A stretch of 64,000 bases of DNA from Thermodesulfovibrionia bacterium (GTDB lineage Bacteria > Nitrospirota > Thermodesulfovibrionia > JACRGW01). The DNA lies in contig CAKKRL010000162.1 in assembly GCA_919902655.1 (NCBI GenBank), forward strand, positions 251-64,250, given 5' to 3'. Positions within the stretch are counted from its first letter, which is position 1. Each line of letters opens with the position of its first letter. The position numbers and the translations under genes were made by a program. Positions 19,448 through 29,411 of the stretch are shown here, one piece after another. Under the pieces are notes generated by a model, which was not told the DNA's origin, made no database searches, and saw only the letters and a program-made list of their open reading frames with translations.

Positions 19448-20239
19448 CTAACCCGTAACCTTTTCCGCCAATATCTTGAACTGTGATTCTGACTTTAATA
19501 GTCTTGAATCAATCCAGTTAGATATACCGAGCCTCATTGTTGAAGAATATTTTTTAAAGGAAACCTTAAAGCCCGCTTCTTCAAGAAGTTCTTTCACTCT
19601 ATCATGATCAAATCCTTGATAAAGGTGGTAATCGGATAACCTCCAGTCAACGCCTTCTATTTCCTTATTCTTTCCTCTTGTTTTTATGAGGTAGCCGATA
19701 TGGTCTGACTGCCAGAGTATCTTCCTTAAAAGGTTATCTTTTTTTGAGAGGACATCCTTCAGTGGTTCATGGGTTATATACATGAACCCTCTATATTTTA
19801 TGATTCCTATAATCCTTTTCAGGGTCTCCTGATAATCGGGAAGATGATGAAGGACTGAAGAGATAGTCACGAGATCATATGTAGATGATGTTCTTGATAG
19901 AAATGTATCAACGTCCGATTGCACTATGTTAAGATTTTGAGCCATTTCTTCTTTTAGTTCTTTCCCCATCCCCTCAATCATCGTGGTAGAAATATCGAGG
20001 GCAGTAACCCTGAAACCTAAGGAAAGGAGTTTTAAGGCGATATTACCCATAGCGCATCCTATATCAAGGGCTTCCCTGCTAATCAGCCTCTTACTTATAT
20101 AAGCAAGGTCTTTCCTGATCTGCCCCTGTTCAAACCAGTTATATATCTCAGGGTGCAGGGATATATAACCCTCTGCCTCAAGTCTGTAGAGCTTGAGGTT
20201 TTCCTCTATTATTCTCTCTCTTTCTGTTCCAGCTCCCAT
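19448..20239 (-). CDS. Class I SAM-dependent methyltransferase
   Basis: ALDIGCAMGNIALKL motif I. Confidence 0.7.
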   Translation of the reverse strand: MGAGTERERIIEENLKLYRLEAEGYISLHPEIYNWFEQGQIRKDLAYISKRLISREALDIGCAMGNIALKLLSLGFRVTALDISTTMIEGMGKELKEEMAQNLNIVQSDVDTFLSRTSSTYDLVTISSVLHHLPDYQETLKRIIGIIKYRGFMYITHEPLKDVLSKKDNLLRKILWQSDHIGYLIKTRGKNKEIEGVDWRLSDYHLYQGFDHDRVKELLEEAGFKVSFKKYSSTMRLGISNWIDSRLLKSESQFKILAEKVTG

Positions 20240-20973
20240 AATTTTACTGAAGCGACAAATACGGTTAGTGCTGATGACAGAGAAATAAATAATCCCCTGA
20301 ATCCATCCATGAATCCCTTGTATAATATATACTTTAGGAAGAAATTATAAAGGGGTCTTAGAAATAAACTGCTTGCGGCATTTAAGGCTGTTATCCTTTT
20401 TCCAATCCTGAATTCTTCTTTCGCAAGCTGTGTCGTATATCTGTTAAACTTCTCGAAGTATTCTTCGAGAGTGTTGTATGAATAATGAATCAGGTCGCTT
20501 TTGAGATAACCGTATTCTTTTTTATGTAGAGGGACCTGATGGATCTCGTTAGGAAACAGAACTTCACCCTTTTTAAAGAGCCTTAATACAGGAGATGGGT
20601 ACCAGCCGCAGGTCTTTATCCATTTACCGAGAAAATAGTTCCTTCTTTTTACATAATAGGCTTGCCTGGGATCATTAGATTTTACAACCGAAAGGATTTC
20701 ATCCCTTAACTCAGGAGGCACCCTCTCATCAGCATCAATATAGAATATCCACTTCCCGGATGCCTTTTCTATTGCAGTGTTCCTGTCTGGTTCGCAATAT
20801 CCCTTTGGTTCGGTTATAAAGACCCTGTCGGTAAATTCTCTTGCTATTTTCTCAGTCGAATCGGCGCTTGACTGGTCCATGATTACAATCTCATCCGCCC
20901 AAGAGACAGTTTCAAGGCATTCCCTGAGCTGCCCCTCCTCGTTTCTTACAACCATAATTACTGAAACATCCAC
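20209..20973 (-). CDS. Glycosyltransferase family 2
   Basis: VSVIMVVRNEE…YIDADERV (GT2 DXD region). Confidence 0.8.
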   Translation of the reverse strand: MDVSVIMVVRNEEGQLRECLETVSWADEIVIMDQSSADSTEKIAREFTDRVFITEPKGYCEPDRNTAIEKASGKWIFYIDADERVPPELRDEILSVVKSNDPRQAYYVKRRNYFLGKWIKTCGWYPSPVLRLFKKGEVLFPNEIHQVPLHKKEYGYLKSDLIHYSYNTLEEYFEKFNRYTTQLAKEEFRIGKRITALNAASSLFLRPLYNFFLKYILYKGFMDGFRGLFISLSSALTVFVASVKLWELEQKERE

Positions 20974-21864
20974 CTACAGCGCCCTCTCTGCCTTTATAAC
21001 CACCTGACTCGCCATGGAAGGGAACGTTTCCCCTATAAGACACAGGAACATGAATATCCTTCTGTAAATTGTCTTATTCCTGGAATATAGATTGTTCAGG
21101 AAGTGATTCGATACAAGGTTCAACTCAACTGAAACAGGGCTGACAAACCCCCTCTTCGGTCTTTTCCTTTTGATTACTGCATAAAAGACCCTCGGTATAA
21201 CAGCTATTGATTTTGGTATTCTCACCCTTAATTTAAATCCTATCCCTTTTATCCCTGCCGTTTTAAAACCTGTTTTTCTCAGAAGGGATTTCAGCCTCCT
21301 CGGTGAGAATGTATGGAGGTGTTGATCCTTCAATATCTCACCTATATTATTTTCATAAAATAAGGGCGACGGCGTAGAGATGATCAGTGTACCACCTCTT
21401 TTTAGAACATGGTTGGAAGATGAGAGAAATCTCTCAGGTTCTATAAGGTGTTCTATAATCTCTGACGCTACGACATAATCAAAACACTCTCCCCTGAAAG
21501 GTAATTCCTCTGCATTTCCTACAACAAAATGTCCATTTTTATATGTTTCAGCACACCTCTTTATCCTCTCCAAGGAGATATCGAGAGCAGTCATCGCTTT
21601 TGCATCTTTCAGTAATAACCCGGCAAGTACTCCGTCGCCAGTACCGGCATCAAGAATATCCTTACCCGGAGAAATCATCAATTTTATCTCTCTCATCTGA
21701 CCTTCATACATTACCATAAATCTTGTAGGGTCTTTCACCTCATGCCCATCGGTTCCGTACTGCTCCAAGAGTATTGAGGTTGCTGCTCCATAGCGGCTAC
21801 TGTATTCGTAGAACTCTCTCAAGCGTTTTCTGATATTATCTTCTCCGAAGGATCCTGTGGACAA
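20974..21864 (-). CDS. Class I SAM-dependent methyltransferase
   Basis: ILDAGTGDGVLAGLL motif I. Confidence 0.7.
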   Translation of the reverse strand: MSTGSFGEDNIRKRLREFYEYSSRYGAATSILLEQYGTDGHEVKDPTRFMVMYEGQMREIKLMISPGKDILDAGTGDGVLAGLLLKDAKAMTALDISLERIKRCAETYKNGHFVVGNAEELPFRGECFDYVVASEIIEHLIEPERFLSSSNHVLKRGGTLIISTPSPLFYENNIGEILKDQHLHTFSPRRLKSLLRKTGFKTAGIKGIGFKLRVRIPKSIAVIPRVFYAVIKRKRPKRGFVSPVSVELNLVSNHFLNNLYSRNKTIYRRIFMFLCLIGETFPSMASQVVIKAERAL

Positions 21865-21869
21865 GATAT

Positions 21870-23456
21870 TTACCTCATATCCTTTCTGCGATTTAATTCC
21901 CTGATAATATGCCTGAGTATGGGTATCCTCTCCCGAAGGAGGTTCCTGTCATAGTCATCAAAATATCCTATGCTCAGGATGATCCCTGAATAAACAATAA
22001 GAAATATTATTCCCTTTATGCCGAGGGAGACTATTGTATCAATCCTGTTCTTCAGAATGGTTTCTGTAAAGAACCTTTCAAAAACAAAGATAAGCCCTCC
22101 TGCCAGGAACCCTGCTATTCCGGGTTTTATAAACGGTGACAACACTTCTCTGCCTGATTTTTCAAAAGAGGCCTTAAATATTTTCAGGAAATATATTGAA
22201 CCAATAATCAGAGAGATTGTTGTCCCAAAGACTGCCCCGAGGAAACCGTATCTCAGGATCAGCATCAGGCTGAGAGCCAGATTTAATGCTATTGTAAGGA
22301 GTCCCCTCTTAAGTTCGAGTTCTACCTTCCCTATACCCCAGACCACAGAAGAAGCCATACTGCATATAAAATTCATAAAAAAACCAAAGGATAGAATCCT
22401 GACTACATTTGCTGAAAGCGGATAATCATTTCCTATCCATACAAATATAATATCCCTTGCCTCGAGAGTAATGAAAAGGAAGAGAGGTATTCCTGCAATG
22501 GTAAGATATTTAGACCCCCTTATATAGAGTTCCCATACCCTCTCCCTTCCCTGCCTGACTTCCATCTCTGAAGCTGCCGGTGTTACAGCAGAGGTCATGA
22601 AGGCAGGGAGGGACCTCATCATCTGTGTAAGCCGTGAGCCCAGTTCATAATATGTCACCTGTGCTACTCCGAGAAAATGGGATATCAGCATCTTGTCGTA
22701 ATGGGAGCTCACCATCTGGGAAAGTTGACCGAGCTGGAGGGCAAAGCCGAAGCGGAACAATTTCTTAAGCATTGACCTCTTGATATATGAAAAACCGATT
22801 CCCCAGGAATCTCCAAGAATCTTATAAGCCATGATTCCCCCTGAAGTTAAAAGAACAAGGGATGCAAAGATATAGTTATACATCAGGCCTGCCAATCCAT
22901 AGCCTTTCTCGAGCACGAAGATTGTTCCAATAATAAGGGGCAGAGAAGAGAGGGCCGCAATTTTGAAAGATATGTCCAGCCTCTGTAATCCATAAAGGAC
23001 AGAGTTAAATACATTGAAGAGATTGCTGATTCCAAGACTTATCACACCCAGGATTATGGCAGTGGTAGCCTCCCCCCGCAGTGCAGGACGGAGATTAAAG
23101 AAATTCAAAAGCGGCCCTGTGAAAACAACAATTGCAACAAGGATTAAAGCCCCCATGACCGCATAAAAGAATAGACCCGAGCTTATCATTTCCCTCAGGC
23201 CTTCCCTGTCTCCCTTTGCATAATAAAGGGATGTATGCCTGACAAAGGATGTGCTTAATCCCATATCGAGAAGGCCCATATAACCTGTCAGTATCCATAC
23301 TACAGACCAGATACCAAAATACTCTACACCCAAACGGCTCAGGATATAAGGAGTGAGGAAAAAGCTCACAAGCATCCCCCATATCCTCGCAAGTGCATTG
23401 TAAAAGGTATTTCTGGCTATCCGGCTGATGTATCCCTGTTCAGGATAAGAGTTCAA
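21870..23456 (-). CDS. Wzx-type oligosaccharide flippase (polysaccharide biosynthesis protein, MOP superfamily)
   Basis: 528 aa, about 14 predicted TM helices, and a typical Wzx-family N-terminus. Confidence 0.7.
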   Translation of the reverse strand: MNSYPEQGYISRIARNTFYNALARIWGMLVSFFLTPYILSRLGVEYFGIWSVVWILTGYMGLLDMGLSTSFVRHTSLYYAKGDREGLREMISSGLFFYAVMGALILVAIVVFTGPLLNFFNLRPALRGEATTAIILGVISLGISNLFNVFNSVLYGLQRLDISFKIAALSSLPLIIGTIFVLEKGYGLAGLMYNYIFASLVLLTSGGIMAYKILGDSWGIGFSYIKRSMLKKLFRFGFALQLGQLSQMVSSHYDKMLISHFLGVAQVTYYELGSRLTQMMRSLPAFMTSAVTPAASEMEVRQGRERVWELYIRGSKYLTIAGIPLFLFITLEARDIIFVWIGNDYPLSANVVRILSFGFFMNFICSMASSVVWGIGKVELELKRGLLTIALNLALSLMLILRYGFLGAVFGTTISLIIGSIYFLKIFKASFEKSGREVLSPFIKPGIAGFLAGGLIFVFERFFTETILKNRIDTIVSLGIKGIIFLIVYSGIILSIGYFDDYDRNLLRERIPILRHIIRELNRRKDMR

Positions 23457-23465
23457 GGATAACCC

Positions 23466-24812
23466 CTATACACTAATACTCTGCTTGTATTTATTCAGAC
23501 GATAGGCAGAAAATACGAGACCGACCAAAAGCCAGTAGGGCTCCATGATTCTAACAATGATGAAACTATTTGCACCGATAGAATGCACTAAAATACCTGC
23601 TGTCCCTGCTATCAGACCGAGAGATAATCCTCTGAGGTAAGGGTCAGAAGAGGCGCTGAAGGAAAGCCATAAATTTTTTAGAATTGTATAGACTAACCAT
23701 AAAAAAACAGCCAGACCAACAAGACCCACCTCTACCAGAATCCTGAAATACTGGCCATCAATAAATCCCTTTCCTGTAACACCATATCCCAGGACAGGTT
23801 TTTTCTTCCATGCCTTTATCGCATCCTTAAAACCTGTAATCCTCTCAGAGGCCGAGGGATCGAAGGTCAGTCTTCCAATTCTGACAGTCCTTTCAAAGCC
23901 CGGAGACTCCTGAAAGGTTGAAGAATATCGTTCCGATACAACCGCCGGAGAAAGTACAACTAACAGTAGTAAGGCTATTATACCGCCGAATAGAAGGTCC
24001 CTCTTTCTTTCGCTCAGGACGAAGAGAATTCCATACATTGGTATCAATCCAAGCCATGAGGAACGGGATAATGAATAAAGAAGCGATACAGATTGAAGGA
24101 GTAACAGACCAACCAGTAGAAGCCTCTTCAATCCCTCTTTCAGGGTCAAGGCAAGGCCCAGGGTTATAGAAATCATTAAGACCAGATAACCCCCAAGGGT
24201 ATTCGGTTCTCCGCCATACCTCCCTTCAAAAGGGGCTGTCACCCTCTCTCCTGAGGGTATCTGGTAAATTGCATAAACTGATATCAGGAAAGATGTAATG
24301 AGTATAGCTGTGCCGAGCCTCTTTATCTCTTCTTCATCCTTTACATAATTAGCCACAATGAAGAAGATCATGAAATATTCTATGTATTTTAAGATGAAGA
24401 GTGAGCCGGATAATATACTGACCCTTCCCGAGATATAACCCAGACCCGTAGCAAAAATGGATAGAAATATGTAAACGATGATCGGTTTATTATAGGGCGT
24501 TTTGGAAAACAGCTGTACATCCTTATACACAGCGATTCTTGCAAACCAGCCAAGTATCAACAGCGGAAGGAGAAAATCCTCAAGCCTGAGACTAATTTCC
24601 CTTGCAGGTGTCGAGGCTACAATAATCTCTGGAGAGAGAAGCATGGAGAATATCAGGAAATAGAGTGTAATCTCGGTAGACATAAAGGAGACGATAAAGA
24701 TTATTATCCCCGCTAATAAAGCAAGTGTTGTTTTGAATGGGAAAAGGCCTGTACCGAGAATCAGGAGAAGAAGTACAAAGAGGATAAGAATAAACCTGGG
24801 GATATTACCCAC
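23466..24812 (-). CDS. O-antigen ligase / Wzy-like polymerase family membrane protein
   Basis: Polytopic membrane protein with a large periplasmic loop. Sits between wzx and wzc. Confidence 0.55.
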   Translation of the reverse strand: MGNIPRFILILFVLLLLILGTGLFPFKTTLALLAGIIIFIVSFMSTEITLYFLIFSMLLSPEIIVASTPAREISLRLEDFLLPLLILGWFARIAVYKDVQLFSKTPYNKPIIVYIFLSIFATGLGYISGRVSILSGSLFILKYIEYFMIFFIVANYVKDEEEIKRLGTAILITSFLISVYAIYQIPSGERVTAPFEGRYGGEPNTLGGYLVLMISITLGLALTLKEGLKRLLLVGLLLLQSVSLLYSLSRSSWLGLIPMYGILFVLSERKRDLLFGGIIALLLLVVLSPAVVSERYSSTFQESPGFERTVRIGRLTFDPSASERITGFKDAIKAWKKKPVLGYGVTGKGFIDGQYFRILVEVGLVGLAVFLWLVYTILKNLWLSFSASSDPYLRGLSLGLIAGTAGILVHSIGANSFIIVRIMEPYWLLVGLVFSAYRLNKYKQSISV

Positions 24813-24813
24813 A

Positions 24814-27057
24814 TTATTCCTCTTTCATCTGCTTTCTTTTAGGCGGCTTCTCAGAATATCGGTAATAATGATGGTAGTAATCAGGGCTTATCTCTGCCTT
24901 AACACCCGTAAGTACTATGCCGAGAATCTTCGCCTGTGCGTTATCGAGGAGTATCTTTGTCCTTTTAAGTGCAGACCTTGCCATCCTTCCTACCTGATAG
25001 ATGAGGATGGTTCCCTCTATCATAGGCGCCAGGATCAGGGTGTCGGTAAGGGGGAGAACCGGTGGCGCATCAACGATAACCACATCATAACTACTCTTCA
25101 CCGTTTCTATAAGCCCCTTCATTTTCACCGATGCAAGAATCTCAGAGGGATTGAAAGGGATGCTTCCTGATGTAATGATATTAAGATTGTCAAGTCCGGG
25201 AGCTGTAAGGAACTCTTCCAGCCCAAAGCCTCCGAGGACAATATCGGAGAATGTCCTCGTTGCCTCCTCAAGGGTAGTGTTCTGCACGATTATCTCAGAA
25301 AGCCCCGGTTCTTTTTTCAGTCCGAATATCTGGTGAATTGCAGGTCTTCTCATATCTGCCTCGATAATAAGTACCTTTTTGCCCATCTGTCCGAAGGCAA
25401 CAGCAAGGTTGATAACCGTCGAGGTCTTTCTTTCAGATAGGGAGGCACTTGTGATAAGAATAGTTTTAAGTTCCTTATCCGGGCTTGCAAATTGAATATT
25501 CGTCCTGAGCGACCTGTAGCTCTCTGCGAGTACGGACTTAGGTGAAAAATGTGTAATGAACCGATAATAGAAATCAAGGCTAACCTTATCCGCTATCGGC
25601 TCGTATGCCTTTTCTATCTCCTTCTTTGCCTCCCTCTCGGAAACATCGGGGATGATCCCGAGTACAGGAAGGCCAAGGAATGACTCAACATCCTCGATCG
25701 TCCCTATTGATGTATCAAACGCCTCTGTAACAAACGCAAGGATAAGACCGAAAATAAGACCGAAGAGTATCCCTATGAGTACATTAGTACCAATATCAAC
25801 TCTGTTTATGGGTTCTTTAGGAAGGGTGGCAGGCTTTATAACAGTTACTTCCTGTATCTGTTCTGCCCCTTTAATCAATACCTCCTGGTATTTGTTCTTC
25901 AGGAGATTGAAAAGGTCGCTATTAATTTTGGTCTCCCTTTCCAGTCTTGAAAGCCTTACCGCAACATCAGGAAATTCTTTAAGCTGAGACTCCAGGATTC
26001 CCAACCTCTCTCTGTAACTTCTGAGCCTTTTAGAGAGTTCCTTACCCATCTCTGTCTTGAGATTCGATATCTTTGCATCCAGCTCCTTCACGAGCGGATG
26101 GTCTTTTGTATAATTTATGAGAAGCGACTTCCTGGCTAACTCCTGCTCTATAAACTGGGTATAGAGTTTATGCATGGGAGAAGCCGGGTCTTCAGAAACA
26201 ATCATCTTCTCCGAATCAAGTATCGTCTTTCCCTTCAGGCTGTCCACCTGTTGCTGGGTCTCCTCCAGCGCCATCTTAACCTTCACATACTCGTCCATGG
26301 TATTTGCTAACGGAGACTGAATAAAACTGCTTGTCTCTGTTGGCACAGGCAGAATCCCTTCTTTTTTCCTGAAGTCCTTAAGTGCCTCTTCAGAGACTTT
26401 AAGTCTTTCCTCTATTATCTTAAGCTGGTTTTCGATAAACCTCTTTGCCTCTATAACCTGGCGGTTTCTGCTTCTAATATTATCGTCTCTGTAAACATTA
26501 GCTACGGTATTTGCCAGAAGCTGTGCCTTTTTCGGGTCCTTATCCTTCGCAGAGATCTCGATAAGGCTTGTATTTCCGATCTGCTTTGTTATTATCCTCG
26601 ATTGAATATCTGATACAATCTTAAGGTATTCTTCAGATTTCTTTGCATACTCATCACTCTTTTCTTTAATTATTGCCTCTAAATCCTTAGCTATATCCCC
26701 TCCTGCTTCCATTAATTTCTGGTAATCCTCAAAGGGGATATCCTCTCCCACATCCTTGGGAATCATCCCCATCTCTTTTGCCACACCCTCTATTACTGGA
26801 TAACTTCGTATCACCTCTGCCTGGGTAGCTATGCTGTCACCAGGGCTCCAGCTTATAACCTCCATAAACAGGCCTGTTACCGTGCTTGCCCTTTCAAATT
26901 TAACCGTCGCAGTAGCCATATAGTTCAGTACAGGTCTCCGTATTTCGGTAACGACAAACGACCCGAGTCCAAGGGCTAATACTATAAACAGGATAATACC
27001 CCTTCTCTTCCTTATTATCCTCCAGTAATCCCTTAGATTTAACTCGTACTGTGGCAT
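24814..27057 (-). CDS. Wzc-like polysaccharide co-polymerase fused to a BY-family tyrosine kinase
   Basis: N-terminal TM plus coiled-coil chain-length-determinant region. Walker A (ITSASLSERKTSTVINLAVAFGQMGKKVLIIEADMRRP). Tyr-rich C-terminal tail (DYYHHYYRY). Confidence 0.8.
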   Translation of the reverse strand: MPQYELNLRDYWRIIRKRRGIILFIVLALGLGSFVVTEIRRPVLNYMATATVKFERASTVTGLFMEVISWSPGDSIATQAEVIRSYPVIEGVAKEMGMIPKDVGEDIPFEDYQKLMEAGGDIAKDLEAIIKEKSDEYAKKSEEYLKIVSDIQSRIITKQIGNTSLIEISAKDKDPKKAQLLANTVANVYRDDNIRSRNRQVIEAKRFIENQLKIIEERLKVSEEALKDFRKKEGILPVPTETSSFIQSPLANTMDEYVKVKMALEETQQQVDSLKGKTILDSEKMIVSEDPASPMHKLYTQFIEQELARKSLLINYTKDHPLVKELDAKISNLKTEMGKELSKRLRSYRERLGILESQLKEFPDVAVRLSRLERETKINSDLFNLLKNKYQEVLIKGAEQIQEVTVIKPATLPKEPINRVDIGTNVLIGILFGLIFGLILAFVTEAFDTSIGTIEDVESFLGLPVLGIIPDVSEREAKKEIEKAYEPIADKVSLDFYYRFITHFSPKSVLAESYRSLRTNIQFASPDKELKTILITSASLSERKTSTVINLAVAFGQMGKKVLIIEADMRRPAIHQIFGLKKEPGLSEIIVQNTTLEEATRTFSDIVLGGFGLEEFLTAPGLDNLNIITSGSIPFNPSEILASVKMKGLIETVKSSYDVVIVDAPPVLPLTDTLILAPMIEGTILIYQVGRMARSALKRTKILLDNAQAKILGIVLTGVKAEISPDYYHHYYRYSEKPPKRKQMKEE

Positions 27058-27058
27058 A

Positions 27059-28180
27059 CTACTCCTTTAAAAGTTTTATTGTCCACGCAGCAGAAATTGG
27101 GATTGTAATGAGTTCGACTGTTGGTCTTATCTTTTCTATGAAAACATTCCAATTCCCAATCAGGCTCCTTGGCACATAAATAATATCATTGTTGGCAAGG
27201 GAAATGTTTTGGGAGATATCTCCTTCTTTTATAAGGCTATTGAGATCTGAAACGATAATCTCAGACTTCTTATCGGCAGTCCGGATTACGGCAGTATTTT
27301 GAAGTACTGCATATATGGTATATCCGTCCGCCATTCCGATAGCATCCATTAGTGTGGCACCCGGTTTTCTCGGATATAGCCCCGGTTTCTTTACTTCCCC
27401 GAATATCAGTATTTTATTTTCTCCAACTTCAATTGAGGGAACATAAATCTCGTCCCCTGCATCAAGAATTACATTTTCCTTAAAATCACCTTCTAAAATA
27501 ATCTTAAGCAGATTTATTGACAGTATAGTACCATCTGCCCTTCTCACATGGACCTTATCCATAGAGGCATTTGGTGTAGGCCCGCCCGCCTGGGTGACCA
27601 TTTCGGTAATCGTTATCTTCCCTTTGAGGACATATTCCCCGGGCCCCGATGCCCTTACAGGAACCATATTAATCGCACCCAGCAATGATATCTTTTTACT
27701 CCTGTATTCCTTTATCCTTACCTCTACCCTCGGCACCCTGATATACTTTGACAGTTCCTCCTTAATCTTTTCCTCTGACTGAGCCGCAGTAAGACCAGCA
27801 ATCTTGACATCAATGAAAGGAAGGAGTATAAAACCATTCGGCCTAACCTCCGGGGTATACTTTTCGACTGTTGGCACTAAGAGGATATCCACCTCCAGGA
27901 TATCGCCTATGCCAATCTTATACTGCGGCACTCCATTAATTTCGACAAAGGTATTGTTTTCTGTTACCTTCCATAACTCAGGTTTATCGGGCTTTGCCTC
28001 CTGGCTGTGCGATTCGACAGCGAATCCGATGTTTGTTAAAATAATAAATGACAGAACAGGCAATAAAAAATTCTTGAATCCTAAGTATCCATTCTTTGCC
28101 CTCATAATCTTTCTCCCCGTAGACCTTTTACCGCAGATCGCCCCCGGGTCATTGAACGGCCTCCGGCTATATAATTCCAT
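27059..28180 (-). CDS. Wza-like polysaccharide export protein
   Basis: Signal peptide and repeated SLBB-like segments (…GDEIYVPS…, …NDIIYVPRS…). Confidence 0.65.
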   Translation of the reverse strand: MELYSRRPFNDPGAICGKRSTGRKIMRAKNGYLGFKNFLLPVLSFIILTNIGFAVESHSQEAKPDKPELWKVTENNTFVEINGVPQYKIGIGDILEVDILLVPTVEKYTPEVRPNGFILLPFIDVKIAGLTAAQSEEKIKEELSKYIRVPRVEVRIKEYRSKKISLLGAINMVPVRASGPGEYVLKGKITITEMVTQAGGPTPNASMDKVHVRRADGTILSINLLKIILEGDFKENVILDAGDEIYVPSIEVGENKILIFGEVKKPGLYPRKPGATLMDAIGMADGYTIYAVLQNTAVIRTADKKSEIIVSDLNSLIKEGDISQNISLANNDIIYVPRSLIGNWNVFIEKIRPTVELITIPISAAWTIKLLKE

Positions 28181-29271
28181 AAATACCTTGCCCCTATTTT
28201 AAAAAGTTCTAAAACCCTTTTCAGATAATAGATAAAAGGATACCTTGATCCTGACATCTCATTGATCTTTTCCTGTGCAGGGAAAAGTATCCTTGAGGCA
28301 AAAAGTATTCTCCTGAAAGTCCCCTTTATCGTATAAAAATATAATATATCTCCGTATCCGTCCCTTCTCTGGTTCTTTATTATCCTGTCCATTATCTTCT
28401 TCTCTATCAGCCCTGACCTTTCGGGTCTTATTTCCAACAGTAAATCCTCAGGGATAACCCTTGAGATCTTATTTATATATGATAGTACATAATAGATAAT
28501 CTTCTCAAAACCTGATTCCCTCGCCCTGTGTCCTATCTTCTTCCAGTCGATATTCGGATTTCCTTTTATCACCTCTATTATATCAACAAGCCAGAGCAGA
28601 CGTAAGAAGGAATGTTTCACAAGATGTATTGCGAGGGTAAGCACCGTATCCTCAGGGGAAAGTATGCGCACAGAATTGAACCTCGCCCCAAAGGGAGAAC
28701 CACTATCCCAGAGGGAATTGTTATCTAATTCAGGGGTATGTGGTATGTGGCCCAGTCTTGTAAAACTGTCTATATCTGCATGAATATCAATGATGGTTCT
28801 TCCGTTATTATAAATCCTCGGACATGTTGAAGTAAGGCGGTATCCTATGGCTTCCATTATCCCGTTTACTTTATCATTATCTCTCTCATCACAGATCAGG
28901 AGGTCTATATCCATTACAGGCCTCGCCCCCATGTCTTTATAGACCCTTTCAAGCAAGGCGGAGCCTTTAAGCACTATTATCCTGACCCCCTTCTCTTCAA
29001 GGGACAGAAGTACCCTGCTCAGGTCATTTATCAAAACAATATTGTTTGTGAGGCTTAGGAGATAACTTTCTCTGAGGGACTTCTGGACAGGGGCGGGGAA
29101 TTTCTGAATCTGACCGTTTTCTTTTAGTATTTTAAATAGAATACCGGACAGGCCTTCTTCTCTGGCAAGGTCGGTAAACCTGTCGAGTTCGACCTCTTCA
29201 AGGCTAAAATTAGCCCCATCTTTTTGGTTTAAGATTGAAAGGATAAGCTTATCTTCTTCAGACCAAGCCAA
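28102..29271 (-). CDS. Uncharacterised nucleotidyltransferase family protein (NTP_transf_5-like)
   Basis: RIIVLKGSALLERVYKDMGARPVMDIDLLI matches the conserved core of this family as I recall it. First gene of the polysaccharide string after the surface-protein gene. Confidence 0.45.
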   Translation of the reverse strand: MAWSEEDKLILSILNQKDGANFSLEEVELDRFTDLAREEGLSGILFKILKENGQIQKFPAPVQKSLRESYLLSLTNNIVLINDLSRVLLSLEEKGVRIIVLKGSALLERVYKDMGARPVMDIDLLICDERDNDKVNGIMEAIGYRLTSTCPRIYNNGRTIIDIHADIDSFTRLGHIPHTPELDNNSLWDSGSPFGARFNSVRILSPEDTVLTLAIHLVKHSFLRLLWLVDIIEVIKGNPNIDWKKIGHRARESGFEKIIYYVLSYINKISRVIPEDLLLEIRPERSGLIEKKIMDRIIKNQRRDGYGDILYFYTIKGTFRRILFASRILFPAQEKINEMSGSRYPFIYYLKRVLELFKIGARYLWNYIAGGRSMTRGRSAVKGLRGERL

Positions 29272-29411
29272 TTTTTTCCTTAATAATCAAAGAGGTTAAG
29301 ATTAATCTTTTAAGTATTCTTTTACCTCTTTGAGGGAGTATAACTGATTTTAAAAAGGATTTCAAGTAAAAAATGAATGGGGCAAAAAAATAATTTTTTA
29401 CTAAAAAAGTG

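Noticed and set aside
23095-23382. 95-aa minus-strand ORF in an alternative frame within the Wzx gene
   Set aside because: Same-strand overlapping frame of a polytopic membrane protein gene. No independent support.
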